Below are positions 25,047 through 37,117 of a stretch of DNA of 64,000 bases, in pieces. The stretch's first letter is position 1, and each line of letters begins with the position of its first letter. This DNA comes from Octopus bimaculoides (lineage: Eukaryota). The translations under genes and the position numbers were made by a program. The notes below the pieces were generated by a model that searched no databases, had not been told where the DNA came from, and saw only the letters and a list, made by a program, of their open reading frames with translations. Where the stretch lies: positions 37,689,607 through 37,753,606 of the forward strand of contig NC_068984.1 in assembly GCF_001194135.2 (NCBI RefSeq). Reading direction: 5' to 3'.

Positions 25047-25144
25047 AACAACAAATAAGGTGAGGACACCTATCTGCCCAATGTAAATAATGTGCATAAT
25101 TCCTCATCTCAAAAATATAGAATAGTATTATGTATATATGTTAG

Positions 25145-25400
25145 TCGGAATCTTGGGGTTAGTAGCCCGCGCTCTTAACCCCAAGATTCCGATTCGATTC
25201 CAAGCAGTGACCTGAACAATAACAATAATAATAATAATATCGAAAAATACCTTAGGAATGAGAACCCAGGTTCGAAATTTCCCCAAGACACCTGAAGAAG
25301 GCTGGAAAGTATATCAGCCGAAACGTTATGTTAACAACAAACAAGATGAGGACAAATATCCGTCGAATTTAAATAATGTAAATAATGTAAATAATGTATA
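25145..25400 (+). mobile_element. Short non-coding Penelope-derived unit: tRNA-like head with 5' fold-back, A-rich linker, hammerhead motif and pLTR tail
   Basis: Collinear with the minus-strand 3' repeat at 24306-24030 (GGTTAGTAGCCCGCGCTCTTA, TTAGGAATGAGAAC, GGTTCGAAA, hammerhead, GATGAGGAC, TAAATAATG). No ORF. Confidence 0.8.
25287..25332 (+). ncRNA. Minimal hammerhead ribozyme motif, copy 2
   Basis: GACAC-CTGAAGA-A-GGCTG(GAAAGTATAT)CAGCC-GAAA-CGT-T-ATGTT: perfect 5-bp stem II, with one stem I mismatch next to the core. Confidence 0.7.
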
Positions 25401-25697
25401 CATATATACACTATATATATAGGTAGAAATCGTCGATCTGGGATTAACCATTAATTTTTTGCTAATTTCCTTGTTCATTTATCTTTTCACCTGTGCCATA
25501 AGAATGCACGATGTGGTTTTAGAGTCAGTTTTGACTTCTATATCTAGCATGGTGGTACCTCTCCAGTACCCTTAGTTACAATTATATTTATATAACTATA
25601 TATCTATAGTAATTATCACCTATGCGGGGTTTTTTTCCATGCTGGCTACTTGACATGATCGTTATTTTAAATAATGGTCTTATCCTCTTTATATATA

Positions 25698-25699
<2 letters not shown>

Positions 25700-25764
<65 letters not shown>

Positions 25765-25808
25765 GTGCGTGTGTGTGTGTGTGTGTGCGTGTGTGTGTGT
25801 GTGTGTGT
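25700..25808. repeat. (TG)n microsatellite with TGCG interruptions
   Basis: Read directly from the sequence. Confidence 0.98.
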
Positions 25809-27127
25809 ACTCATATTACTGTCAATGATATTATATATCGACGAAAATTTTTAATAGTAGCAAAGAACTTGTGCTCTTTGAATGAAGCCCTTTGCAATAT
25901 CAAAGTCCTTTGTAGCGAGTTACAGATATTCTCTTCTCACTATCACCATAAGAAATGTCTGGAAATATTGATTGGCCTATCGGAGTCCTGTAAGTTAGGA
26001 GCCCCCAACCACGGGGCCACAGACCAATACCGGGCTATGGATCATTTGGTAACGGGTTAGAATCAATTTTTAAATTTTACTTCTATTTTATTGACTATCG
26101 TAGTCTGTAGGGTATTTTGCATTACATATGTGCAATATATGTAATATATATGCATTATATATGTAATAACTAAATTATATAGTATGCACTTTATTGTGTT
26201 TCGTTATACTCGTGATACTCCGATCTGTGGGAAAATTGTCTTGCATGAAACCGGTCTGTGATACAAAAAAGGTTGGTTACTTCTGCTGTAAAGGACTGCG
26301 CTATCGTTTACCAATTGCAATATATAGTTAAATTCGGTGCTACCAATAACCCAAAATTCATTATGTTTTCTAGATATATCGTACAACATATTTCTGTTAA
26401 CAACTATGTTCTTGGTTATTTTTTTATTTTCTAATTCAAAGTCAAAAAATGGTGACTAGTAGCTTGGATGGTTCCAAATTAAAGACAAGTTTATTTACTG
26501 TTCTCATGAATATTTACTGTTTTATACTTCATGAAATAGTGAAATTCATGAATTAAAGAAAACTTTATTTACTCTCCTCATGAATATTTATTCTTTTTCA
26601 AGTCTTGAAATCATGAAATTCATGCCCTGGCAATAAATTAATGTTTGAAGTAATCTTATTTTTAGTTACATAAGATGTTTTCTAAACAGCCACCTTCGCT
26701 TCACTTATGAAATTATATGTGAGAGAGAGTATGGATTCGACAAATAAACCAAAGCACTGCAGGAAACATACACAAAAAACAACAATTCTGTCATGTATAA
26801 AGCTTATTTTCTGTTAGCCTACCTGTGATTCCACTACACCTCTATGTCTAAGGTCTACATTGGGTGCAGTGTATGGTGTTTATACACCCGCCCCTTGTTT
26901 GCATATTGAGGAAGACCATTTCTTTGATGAAACTGGTGTTTTGTCTTCTTTCCTACTTACTAAAACTTTAGTTTTTGCTAAGTTTACTCTGGAACCACTT
27001 GATTCGAGCTTTAGCTCCTATGGCTAGAATTTCATCATTAATTCCGCTAAAAGTTCAGCTATGCGATCTAGAGCAGCAGAATATTTGAGTTCCCATGTCT
27101 ATATGTGAACACATACACACATTTGTA

Positions 27128-27163
<36 letters not shown>

Positions 27164-27499
27164 NNNNNNNNNNNNNNNNNNNNNNNNNNNNNNNNNNNNN
27201 NNNNNNNNNNNNNNNNNNNNNNNNNNNNNNNNNNNNNNNNNNNNNNNNNNNNNNNNNNNNNNNNNNATTATTTATATACATACATACATACGTACGTACA
27301 TACATATACTAATGTTATATGAAATTGTCTTTTAATTTTAAATGCCTACTCTTTAGTATCTGCTTGTTCCCATTTAGCATTCGAATGTCGTCTATGCCAC
27401 CGATAATTTTCATGTATGTTATAAGGGCTAACATGTGAGTTGGCCTATCAGACCTTATCAGTGTGTAGATATGAAATAAAGTGATCTGTGTTATTTTTT

Positions 27500-29115
27500 A
27501 CAGAATGGGTCATGAACAATTGCAGTGTCATGTCGTGCCTGATGAGAATTTTTTAATTCAATGAAGATGTTTTGGAGTTTGATTACTTATTGTAGAAAAT
27601 GTTTGTGTTTTGTATGTGAAGTGTAAGTAAGTAAGTTTAATGTTGATACCCTGTTCGGAATTGCGGCGATGGAAAAGAACATAATGACAGTACTTCCGGT
27701 TTCAAATTTTTTTTCCTCTTGTTATAATTTATATTATATGGCGTAATTATTTAAAGTTTTAGTAAATGTTGCTACATTGGCAGAATTGAGTTGGAGAATA
27801 CAAAACAATTATACAGATTCTAAAATCTTCGTGGTTTTGAGCTGCGTGTATATAACTTTCGTATTGCTAAATTTTCGTTTTCTTCACTCGACCGGCGTTG
27901 TGGTCATAAAAATCCCTTCATATTGTGTTGCATATTGTGTACAGAACTACTTCATCTACCATGTTCAGCCAGTTTAAATACGGTAGGCTAAAATTAGAAT
28001 GAGATTTGACTACTATTGCTAGCGCGTCTTTTATTGAATTGTATGTATGCGTCACACATATAAGTATTAATTTCAATAATTGAAAATTAAGCTACAAGTC
28101 AATCATGCTTGAATAATCTGTAGTCAGAGCTGACGAGAAAATGTTCATTTCTTCCATTTTTCTCGTGGTACAAATTGATATAGAAACATTAACACACTCG
28201 CACTTTCGTTAAAACATGCTGGGTTTATGTTTTTGCCTCAGGTCAATTGCAGCTCCGATATCTTCTCCAGAATTTATACGAGCATATAGTCATTATTTAT
28301 AATGAACGGTGAATCCATTTCCACAGAAGTGCGAATATAACTGTAACAGTTTGAAGTGATATTTGCCATATTATTTGTCTTTCTTTTTTCTTTATTGTAT
28401 TTCTACAAATCAGTGCATTGTTATTTCCAGTTCATAACAACAGTTAGGCTTCGAATACTTCATATCGATAGTGTTAGAAATATTTCATTTTTCTGTCGAA
28501 ATATGAAGATATTACGACAGAGATGTGTCAACTGCTTGAATAAATAAGGAAAAAACAGCCGGAGAAAAAAAGAGCTGCAGGGAATTCAAAGACATTACTG
28601 TCAGAAATATAACACAAGCTAATCTAGAGAAAGCGGTTTTAGCGTCGCGACAATGCGAGTAAAAAACATGTGCAAGAGCAGGAATTATTTCGACGAGAGC
28701 AAATAGAAAGTTTTGGTATTTACTTTTACTCCATGAACATTAATACTTATCACCACAATTTAGTCTCTGCATCAGTAATTTATGTTTTTGGATATATTTC
28801 TGTTTTATTGGTGAAACCATATTCGTATACAGAAAGGTGTATGTATTTTTGTTGATATGTTTAAGTTACATGAAGATATGTTACATATAGTTAGCTCCTA
28901 AACAGTCTATTAGTATGTAGTTTGAGTTAATGGGACGATGCTCTAAGCTTTTAATATTTGGTTGCAGATTCTTTTAAGGTATTTGTGGAGGATGTGCAGA
29001 TTATTCAGCCAAACGTTTAGTAATCTTTCCAGATTTTTGTCTTAAGTGACAGTGGGTTTGTATGGTATTGTTTTTCCTGTTTTTGCTTATTTTTATTCAC
29101 TATTCTTCGCGATTA
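27500..29115 (+). repeat. Left arm of a 1.6 kb inverted duplication
   Basis: Collinear with the reverse complement of 30555-32155. For example, GGTATTTGTGGAGGATGTGCAGATTATTCA and GATATTACGACAGAGATGTGTCAACTGCTTGAATAAATAAG occur in both arms. Confidence 0.9.
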
Positions 29116-30554
29116 TCATGTTGTTGTTTAAAACTTATTCTTTCATCTTTGAAATCTCTACTATGACCTCTTTACGTTCTCTCCTCTTTTTACATGAGAG
29201 TTATGATGAGAGTGTCGATAATGAAGCCTACGAGAAGCAAGCTGATGATAATAATAACGATAAAGACAGGAAATGGAACACAGTACTGTTGGTTATGACC
29301 GTCCTCTTTATGATATCTCCTAGGATTTGAACTCTGTCCTATAAGGTAGTGAAATATGTTAATGGCTACCTTTGTAAATTACGATTAACTGAACCTGTGA
29401 GAACTTTAGTGTTTATCAAAGGTTTAAGTCTATAGTATTTAAGGAGTGTAAATTGTTGATCCCGCGGCACAATAAAAGCTCAAGCAGCTACAATTCTTGA
29501 AATCGATAAATAATGAACAACAAAAATCATTGATCTTTATATTACTGTCGGCCACTCCTGTAAAACATAGATAAAAACTACGCCCAAAATATTGGCTCTC
29601 ATTAGATGTTGATCCTCTACAAAACTTAAGATCCACAATGGACGATTACCTTCATATCTGTGTCACTGCTACAAATACACTAAACTATATGCAACAGAAG
29701 ACCATTTGACTGATTGGTAAAGGTACACCTACTAACACGTTAAAATCTCTAATCCACAGACGAAGTTTTCTAACTTTTCCTATTCTATCATTAAAACAAT
29801 TTAAACAATATCCTCTGCTCATCATAGCTAGCCGCCAATTGCATACCACTTTACTCAGACTCATCTTACAAACCTGTTTTTCTCTTCATCACACCTTCAT
29901 CTCGCTTCATCTCACTTCATCTCGCTCACAAGCCCATACTAAACCACTATTCCTAAACCTTTCTCCGTAAAACGTTGACTTTCTGGAATATCATTTGTTA
30001 CCAAATTTGTTTGTTTTGTTTTTTCTGCAAATGTCGACATAATCTCTCCGTGTGGTAAATTGTAAATGAAAACAGAGGTGTTACCTGAAGAATATTAAAT
30101 TCCATTTCAGAAATTGAGATAAGAACGTGTTTTAATAAAAACAAAATTATACAATTTGATATAAACGAGGAATTGATCAATAAAAATTATTACAAGCGAA
30201 CATATCAAACACGTACAGACAGAAACACAAAGATTCGGGAGATACACAAATTGAAAATTCTGTAAACAGATCTAGTTAGAGAACAAAAATTGGTAGAAAG
30301 TCCTTGCAGGAGCTAAAAAGTTATATATATTAACATTAATTAGATTGAGCAATCATATTTGGGAAGGAAAGTGAATTTCCTCAAACGAAAGCTATATGTT
30401 TCACATAACAGGAACATTAACGCGCTAAACAATGAGCGAACAATTAAGAAAAACAGCACAACACATGCCTACCTCTATTGTCACTCCAAAGACCAACAAC
30501 TGGAAATAAATTATTTCAAATTATTTGGATGAATACTCAGTAATCCACAGAATT

Positions 30555-32155
30555 GCGCAGAATAGTGAACAAAAATAAGTAACAACAGGAGAAACAATAC
30601 AATACATACCGCTACTGTTACTCAAAACTGGAAACATATTACAAAACATTTGGATGAATAATCTGCACATCCTCCACAAATACCTTTAAGAAATCTGCAA
30701 CCAAATATTAAAAGACAGTGTATTCATAGTCTGTTTAGGATCTAACTATATCTAACATATCTTCGAGTAGCCTGAACATATCAACTAAAGTATATACATC
30801 TTTCTGTATAAAAATGTGATTTGAGCAATAAAACAGAAATATATACAAAAACAGAAATTACTGATGCAGAGACTAAATTGTGGTGATAAATATTAATGCT
30901 CTTGGAGAAAACGTAAATACCGAAACTTCCTATTTGCAGTCGTCGAAATAATCCCCGTTCTTGCACATATGCTTTTTGCTCGCACTGTCGCGACGCTAAA
31001 CCCGCTTTCTCTAGATTGGCTTGTGTCATATTTCTGACAGTAATGTCATTGAATTCCCTGCAGCTCTTTCTTTCTTTGACTGTTTTTCTTTATTTATTCA
31101 AGCAGTTGACACATCTCTGTCGTAATATCTTCTTCTTATTTCGACAGAAAAATAAAATATTTTTAACACTGTCAAAATGAAGTATTCGAGGCCTAACTCC
31201 TGCTATGAACTGGAAATAATAATGTAGTGATATAGCGTGCTTTGTAGGAATATAATGAAAAGAAGGAATGGACAAAAATTTATAGCAAATATTACTTCAC
31301 ATTGTTACAGTTACATTCGCACTCCTATGGACATGGATTCGCCGTTCATTATAAATAATGACTATATGCTCGTATAAATTCTGGAGAAGATAGCGGAGCC
31401 GCAATTGATGTCAGGCAAAAACATAAACCCAGCATGTTTTATTGAAAGTGTGTGTGTTTATGTTTCTACATCAATCTGCACCACAAGTGGAAGAAATGAA
31501 CGTTTTCTCTTCAGCTCTGCCTACAGGTTAGTCAAGCCTGTTTGTCATCTATCCTAGTTTTCATTATCAATTATTGAAATTCATGCCTGTATGTGTAACA
31601 AATATACATACAATCCAATGAAGGAAGCTCTAGAAAGAGTAGCCAAATTTCCTTTACATTTCACCTTACTGTATTTAAAGCGGCTGAATGTAGTGGATAA
31701 AGTAGTCATGTGTACAATTTGCAAGAAAATATGACGAGATGGTCACGGCCAGAAATCCCATCGAGTGATGAACATTTGATAAAAAGAGACAAATAAAACC
31801 TTAGTCTAAAATAACGCGTGACATAAATTCAAAAATAGTGAACGTGCGAGAAGCAGATTTCAGAATCTGTATAAATTTCGTGTGTTCTCCAGTACAATTT
31901 TCCTCCAACTACAAATGGACATTTACCAAAACTACAAATATACACCATATATTACAAATCGTAAGAATACTAACAATTATTAAAACTAGAAGTATTGTTA
32001 CTGTCTTCTTTTCTAACAGCACATTTCCGAACAATATACGAACGAGATAAGTCGCATAAAAATACAGATATATTGCTAAAAAAATTAAATACCTTTATTG
32101 AAGCCAAAAAAAATGCCATCAACACGCAATTCGTCACATCGTAATAGTTCATGGA
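30555..32155 (-). repeat. Right arm of the 1.6 kb inverted duplication
   Basis: Parallel ORF-track peptides 28356-28547(+) with 31090-31275(-), and 28670-28855(+) with 30781-31029(-), confirm the homology. Confidence 0.9.
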
Positions 32156-32326
32156 ATTTTTTTTTTTGTTTTTTTTTTTGTTTTTTTTTTTGCAAAACCA
32201 ATTGACATCACCTTAAATTCCTGCTTACATGCCAATGGGTTGTTAAAAGCTAAATAATGCCGTAGGCCTTATAAAATCAAAGATGGCACAAATAACATTC
32301 GAACGCTAAAAGAGAACGGTAGAATA

Positions 32327-32546
32327 CTAAAAATGCAGTTTGAATGAAGCTTTTGCACACTTGTCGAGGCCGAATTCCATATTTATGTCATCGCTGAATT
32401 TTTTCACAGTTACTAGTAGCCCTTTCAGATCCTTGTTATCTACATTTAATTTCAGGTCATCCATGTAGAGCAAGTGTGAGATGGTCTTGTCAAACATTTT
32501 ATAACCGTGATTTGTTCTATTCAACTCGTGAGACAAAGGAATTGTT
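32327..32546 (-). mobile_element. Reverse-transcriptase fragment of an RLE-type (R4/Dong-like) non-LTR retrotransposon
   Basis: IPLSHELNRTNHGYKMFDKTISHLLYMDDLKL...FSDDINMEFGLDKCAKASF, including the YMDD catalytic motif. Confidence 0.85.
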
Positions 32547-33769
32547 GTTGTTGGCTTGCTCTACTCTCAAGCCAATTCCGATTTCTCTGACATATTTCTC
32601 GAACTTGGTTGATAGTGCTCTGGGTGCATCCCTCTCAAAAGGATGTTGAACGAAACACATATGTTTCCAGAGGTGAATTATTCAAACTTCAAAGAATTCC
32701 TCTCAACACATGGCTATGATGCTCCCCCACTACTTCTGCTCGTGATCAGAGATACACATATCGTCAACCACCAAGGGACATGCTCAACTGGTTAAGGTCA
32801 AACAACTGACAAGCAAATCTGTGGTATTGAAGAGAATATTTGCACTAGCCCATCTTTTACATCAAGGCGAAACATGTACGTGATAACATTTCCAATCAGT
32901 TAAGATCAGAAGCCATGAGAGCCAGAGCCTGGTATCGGGGCATTTATTATTATTATTATTATTATTATTGTTTACAAAGTTTAGAACGGGGGTAGTAACA
33001 CTAGGTTATTTTTTGCGATGACGTATTTTAACAGCATTGGGCAGTGGGTGTAATGCTGCAAGTAAAATATCTTAACAATAGTCTTGTTGCAAGGAAAAAA
33101 GAATCTTTCTTATTATCTGTTAATAGCATATGCCATACAAGTAAGCGAACGTTTTTGTAGTATACTCCTTTCTCAAGTCCTTCAATTCTTTTATATTGAT
33201 CTTACGTTAACGTAGAAACATAGATCCATACCTAACACTTTATTATCCGTTATTTTCAAAATAACTACCTCCATAAATGCTTCTCAGCTCGATGGTTCAA
33301 TAGCAGGTCTTGTCTTTCCTTGTTTTTTTATTATTATTTTTAGTTTTCAAATAAAGTGGATCTCCATTATCCTAGCTTCGATTGAAATTGGAGTGTCTCA
33401 CTAAAATTTTTACCTTGAATTTTATTCCTCTTTTCTTTCTGTGGATGAAGAATACGTTGCCATATAGAAAATTAGATGTCTTTCTCAAATTTAGTCTTTG
33501 CTGCTTTTCATTACTTTGATATCAATAAAATAAGCATCTACGATAGATTGGAATATATTCCTCCTACTAAAAAGGATCCTTGATGTACAGAAATAATGAA
33601 AATGTTTCGAAAGGTAACGTCGTTGCCATAAACGCTTGAGCGTCTAACATGCTTTAGCGAGTCCCATAACACATTGAATACTGTGGGTACAAAAGTGCAA
33701 TACAGCCAACCGGCACTCGCAATGGACACACTTGACATGGTGGAGCACCTGGGATGTGACAGTTGGAGG

Positions 33770-33950
33770 AAGAAAGAACTGCGCTAGCAACCGGCTGGTA
33801 TTCATTTACAGCTGAGTAAACTGGGACAATGTGAAACGAAGTGCCTTACTCAAAGGCACAACGTGCCCCCATCCCACTCGGTCCGGAAACTGAACCCTCG
33901 GCCTTATGATCACAAGCTTAACAACCTAACCACTAAAGCACGCGCATTCG
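33770..33950 (-). mobile_element. tRNA-derived SINE, family 5 (second copy about 38530-38710 -)
   Basis: The minus strand shows GC(G/A)TG..(T/C)TAGTGGTTAGG head, GGTT(T)CAGTT.C B-box-like motif and G(C)GTTGTG..(C/T)TTGAG(T/C)AA..CACTTC central block at both loci. Confidence 0.7.
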
Positions 33951-35139
33951 TCCCATAGGTATCACAGGAGATTCAATAGAATAATTTATCCTTAATATTA
34001 AGGGGAGCTGGCAGAGTTGTTAGCATGTCGGACAAAATGCTTAGCAGTGGTTCTTCTGGCTTTACGTTCTTAGCTCAAATTCTGCCCAGGTCGACTTTGC
34101 TTTTCATCCTTCAGGATCGATAAAATAAGTACCAGCTGAGTACTGGGGTCGATGTAATCGACTAATCTCCTCCCTCGAGCTTGCTGGCCTTGTGCCAAAA
34201 TTTGAAACCAATATTAAGTGGAGTCGGCAGAATCGTTATCACACCGGACAAAATGCTCAACAGAATTTCTTCCGGCTTTGTTCTTAGCTCAATTCCTACC
34301 GATGTCGACTTTGCCCTTCATCCTTTTGGAGCCGATAAAATAAGTACTCGTTGAGCACTGGGGGTCGACGAAATAGACTGGCTCCTCCACAGAAATATCA
34401 GATTTTGTGCCTACAATAAAAGGAATATCAAGAGTAAATTATTTACCCAGCCCTCTCGAAGTTATATATCCAAGATAATAGGGGGTGGGGCGTTAAACTC
34501 ATAAGAACTACAAGCTAATGTAACACGAGTCCAGTTTTCATCAAAGCTCTGGTAAGTTGTTTGGAGCCTTGCAGTTTCTACTTGTAGATGAAACTGTTCA
34601 AGATTAACTCCCTTGAGCACGATATATGCATCCCATCACTGAAAATGAGATATGAACCGCTAGACTCCTCATCAGTTTCTTTGTTATACTATGATTCCAA
34701 CAACCTACGACTTATATCACATGCTTTATGGCATTCGGTTTAGGTACCTCCCTATTTCGAGTTCAAATCCAGTTAGCAGTGACTTATTTTGTATTAGTTT
34801 GTCAAAGAGGCTAATAATATCTTCCCAGACAAGCAAACTGTTGATGATAGAAGGAAAACAAAAAACAAGAAACAAATAACGGTAATAAATAACAACAATG
34901 TGTTGTGCATCAAAGGAATCAAACCAACCACTTGTCCCTTAGATAAAAATTATAAATAGGTGCAGGCATACCTGCGTGGTTAAGAAGCGACCATGCTGTT
35001 TCGGGTTCAGTCCCACTGTGCGGCACCTTGAGCAAGTGTCTTCTACTATAACCCCGGGTTGATCATTGCCTTATGAGTGAATTAGGGAGATAGAAACTGT
35101 GTGGAATCCCGTCAAATACATGCATACATACAAATTAAT

Positions 35140-35273
35140 ATTAATATTTAGCAGAAACAACAGAGTGACTCAATGGTCAAGAGTTCCATGCGTTATCAAA
35201 CTAGTTTGATAAGTGCCAACGCACGAAACCCTCGGCCCTTGGGTCACTCAGTTACTTTTGCTAAAGATTAATA
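35140..35273. mobile_element. Short palindromic MITE, same family as 50214-50689
   Basis: ATTAATATTTAGCAGAAACAACAGAGTGACTC...GGTCACTCAGTTACTTTTGCTAAAGATTAATA; the arms are mutually complementary. Confidence 0.7.
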
Positions 35274-36233
35274 AAAAATATATACAGGTGTTTATATTTA
35301 TATATGTCTGGTTATGTTTGCACTGACGAGTGGACAGCGTTGACCATGAAATCGTTTCGACATGCAACTGGACCTTTTCAAAAGAACTTCTGCGCGTCTG
35401 TATATTTTGATAAAGTAGTTTGATTTTAGCGTCTCTCTCCGGCCTGTGGCTTTATTTATAGTAACAGCCCTTAATGTAATAGTGTATTTTAAAAAATTAT
35501 ATACTTAGTATTAATTTTTTTACCTTGATTGGTTTTATACTCTGGCTTCTTCATAAAATCTTATATAGATTTTTTCTTTATATTTAATTGATATATGTGC
35601 GTGTGTGTTTATATATGTGTGTGTGTGCGTGTGTATGTATGTATGTACGTATGTATGTATGTATGTATGTATGCATGCATGTATGTATGTATGTATGCAC
35701 GTGTGTGTATGCATGTATATATGTGCGTCTCTATTTTTGTGTTTGCCACACACACACATAACCGCTTTCAACCGGTGTTAGTTTGTTTGCGACACTCGTA
35801 ACTTAGCGGTGCGGCCATGGCCGGGTGCAATTTATATAAAAGAAAAATAATTACTAGAATCGATTTGTCCAACTAAAACCCTCCAAAGCGGCGCTCCAGC
35901 ATGACCGCTGCCCAGTGACTGAAACAAGTACTTCAGGAAAAAGAATAAGAAGACAAAATAATATTAGATACTCTGGAATTCCTATAGACTTTTATTTATT
36001 TATCTATTTCGTATGGGGTGAACTAGTATCTAAAAATTACATTCCAAAATATATTTGCATAACTGAAATTCTCTTTTTGCTGTTTCCTTCATTTTTCTTT
36101 TATTTTTCTGCTTTTTCTTGTACTTCTTATTGTCTAAGTACTGTTTCTACTAGAACTGCTGCTAAAACTACTTCTGCTGGTTTTTAAGATCTACTACAAC
36201 TGAAAACTGAGGCTTTTTATTACCAGCAGCACC

Positions 36234-37077
36234 ATGACAAAAACAACCAGCGTTCTTCTTCATTCTTCATTCTTCTTCGTCTTTATTCTTCTTCTCCTCC
36301 TCTTCTTCCACTGTCTTCTTTTACTTCTTCTCTTCCTCCTCCTCCCCATCATCATCATCATTATTATCTTTGTTCTCTTCCTCCTCTTTCTTTTTTTCCT
36401 CTTTCTCCTTCTCCTTCCTCTTCTGCATTTGTTTCTTTCTCTCGTTTTGTTTCTTCTTCTCCTCTTCCTCCTCCTTCTTTTTGTCCTCTTCTTCTTCTTC
36501 CTCTATCTCCTCCTCTTCCTTTTCTACCCTTCTTCCTCCACATTATCATCATCATCATCATTGTTCTCTTCCTCCTCTTTTCTTTTTCTCCTTCTTTTCC
36601 TTTTCTCTTTCTTCATCCGCTTCTTTCTCGTGTTTTTTCCTTCTTCTTCTACACCTCCCCATCATCATCATCATCATCATCTTTGTTCTTCTCCTCAACT
36701 TTCTTTTTCCTCCTCTTTCTCCTCCATCTTAATCTTCTTAATCTTTCTTTTTCTTCTCCTCCTTCTCCTTCTTTTCCTTCTCCTCCTCCTTCACCTCTTC
36801 TATCTTCCTTAATCCTCTCCTTTTTCTGCTCTCCATTCCCATCTTCTTTTCCACCATTCCTTTATTCTACCCCTACACCACTATATATTTTGTCTTCTCT
36901 TACTTTCGTGTCCCCTATCTATTTTCTTCTCTTCATTCTTACTCCACTTGGCCTTTCTTTTTATTTATCAAATCTTATCCCCCTTCCTTTTATGTTTCTG
37001 TTTTTCTTTTACTTTTCCCTGTTCCTCTTCTTTAAGCTCTAATCTTATAATCATTTTTCTCTTACGTATTCACAATC

Positions 37078-37080
<3 letters not shown>
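36234..37080. repeat. Polypyrimidine (CTT/CCT/CAT) low-complexity tract with a decayed higher-order unit
   Basis: An approximately 850 bp pyrimidine-rich tract, with three (CAT)n blocks at about 36349, 36544 and 36660, each followed by TGTTCT(C/T)...CTTTCTTTT. Confidence 0.9.

Positions 37081-37117
<37 letters not shown>

Larger units (their letters stand above)
24030..25110 (-). mobile_element. 5'-truncated Penelope-like retroelement with a sense 3' pseudo-LTR (about 24030-24330) and an inverted partial pseudo-LTR at the 5' end (about 24990-25110)
   Basis: The GIY-YIG-type ORF is flanked by two copies, in opposite orientations, of the block CCACCAG(G/A)ACACCTG...GGCTGGAGAGTA...GGTAACAACAA...GGTGAGGACACCTATC...AATGTAAATAATG. 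Confidence 0.88.

Noticed and set aside
24990-25097. Apparent N-terminus MHIIYIGQIGVLTLFVV... of the 253-aa ORF
   Set aside because: It is the antisense reading of the inverted pseudo-LTR. The real element is 5'-truncated near 24990.
27500-32155. Naming a protein family (for example XK-related or acyltransferase) for the inverted duplication
   Set aside because: The frames are riddled with stops and the resemblance is limited to short hydrophobic motifs, so no family call is justified without a search.
36234-37042. 192-aa, 120-aa and 119-aa Leu/Phe/Ser-rich ORFs resembling membrane proteins
   Set aside because: They are translations of a CTT/CCT low-complexity tract with no splice signals or domain motifs.
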